Part shown: positions 62,854-64,000 of the stretch, one piece after another
Numbering within the stretch: the first letter of the stretch is position 1
How the letters are laid out: each line of letters starts with the position of its first letter
Source: Antedon mediterranea
Taxonomy: Eukaryota; Animalia; Echinodermata
Assembly: GCF_964355755.1 (NCBI RefSeq)
Contig: NC_092676.1
Coordinates: 2,919,788-2,983,787, forward strand
Length of the DNA: 64,000 bases
Direction of reading: 5' to 3'
Program-made: the position numbers and the translations under genes
The notes under the pieces: generated by a model
Told to the model about the DNA's origin: nothing
Databases searched by the model: none
What the model saw: the letters and a program-made list of their open reading frames with translations, nothing else

Positions 62854-64000
62854 AATTTCAAGTTTTTTTTTACCTCAACAGGTGAAGTTTGACGGAACGG
62901 TGAGTCGACTATTTTTTCTTCTCTTAAGTAGTCGTTCAGTGAATTGTTATATCTTGTTTAAGAATCAGTATATTTCAGGCTAAAACAAAGTACTTCACTT
63001 TAGCACAAGTACTTTACTTCACGCTGTAATTAGCTCAGTGCATCACAAAATGTTCTTTAGCGTCTTTATTTATTAATATTTCAATCACTATTTTGTACAG
63101 GATTCGTTTTGTTAGTTCTTAGTGTTGGTTTGGTCGATCCCGACTGATGTATGATCCTTTGTCAGTCGGCAAATGGAATCGTATGTCCGTTGGCAATAGT
63201 TACTCCAAACACTTGGCGGTATACAAACGTAAACCATATCAGGTAGCTATACAAAACACGCGTGGTTGGGTTCTCTACAATGTACATATCATTCCCTTAT
63301 TTGCTTCAGTACAATAAGTATACAATACGCAAAGTATATTTTTATATTGTAGAATGTTTTAATAGCTTAAAGTATACATTTCGTTTAAGTACACTTATTC
63401 GCAGAAGTTGTAGTCTGTACTCGTGGTAATCAAAACGAGAATCGGAGATTTGTAATGAGGTGTACGTTTGTTGAAAATACTTCTCGTTATATTCGGATTT
63501 GACATAATTTCCTGTGGACTAACGTTAACAGGTGCATCAACGGAAGAAAAGCTACGGATACATGATTATCTCATCCTCTTTACAAGATCATCTTCATGAT
63601 TTCTATTGTAGACGATACATGACAGACAAGCTAGCGCGCCGAACGTAATTAAAACTGAATTTCCAATCGATTGCTTGAAATCCAACACGCTATCTTGGCT
63701 CGTTTGTTTAGCACAGTACTTCGACATCCACGAATATGTTTACTTTGTAAAGGAAGAAAGCGTCACCAAAGATTCAATTCTAAACACTATTACTTTCTGG
63801 AGTAAACATCCACCGTTTACTTATTATGCATCGAATGTATTATTAAAGCTCTTATTCTTTGTATGACATTGTTTTCTCAAAATCGTCATGTCAATATGAT
63901 GTGACCCTATTGACAAGTCAATATTAGCAAAGAAGAGTTTTCCCTTATGGCAGCCCTATTATAGTCAAAAAACCTTTTTGTATGGTAGGCCTAATATTAA

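Overview
AT-rich, intron-containing animal genomic DNA. It is probably from a marine invertebrate deuterostome such as an echinoderm, an inference from gene content and the Deu/Nin-type SINEs. I traced five minus-strand protein-coding genes exon by exon using GT-AG boundaries and frame continuity: the 5' part of SHPRH (continues past base 1), a TENT5/FAM46 non-canonical poly(A) polymerase with a single-exon CDS, a complete 10-exon BCKDHB, a complete 7-exon BHMT-like methyltransferase whose motifs look bacterial-type, and an intronless Tctex1-domain dynein light chain. The ~38 kb between SHPRH and TENT5 has no recognisable host gene. It is filled with transposon debris: a Sola2-type DNA transposon with ~520-bp TIRs whose transposase is split by a SINE, Harbinger/Tourist-, hAT-, Kolobok- and pogo-like non-autonomous elements, a Helentron-associated element, L2 and Penelope-like remnants, and many minisatellites. 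I found no CRISPR array, rRNA or convincing tRNA gene, and no clearly new multi-gene system. The best leads are the CRE cluster upstream of TENT5, the bacterial-type BHMT with introns, the BCKDHB-TENT5 linkage, a SHPRH apparently lacking its H15 domain, tail-swapped SINEs, and MITEs seeding satellites.
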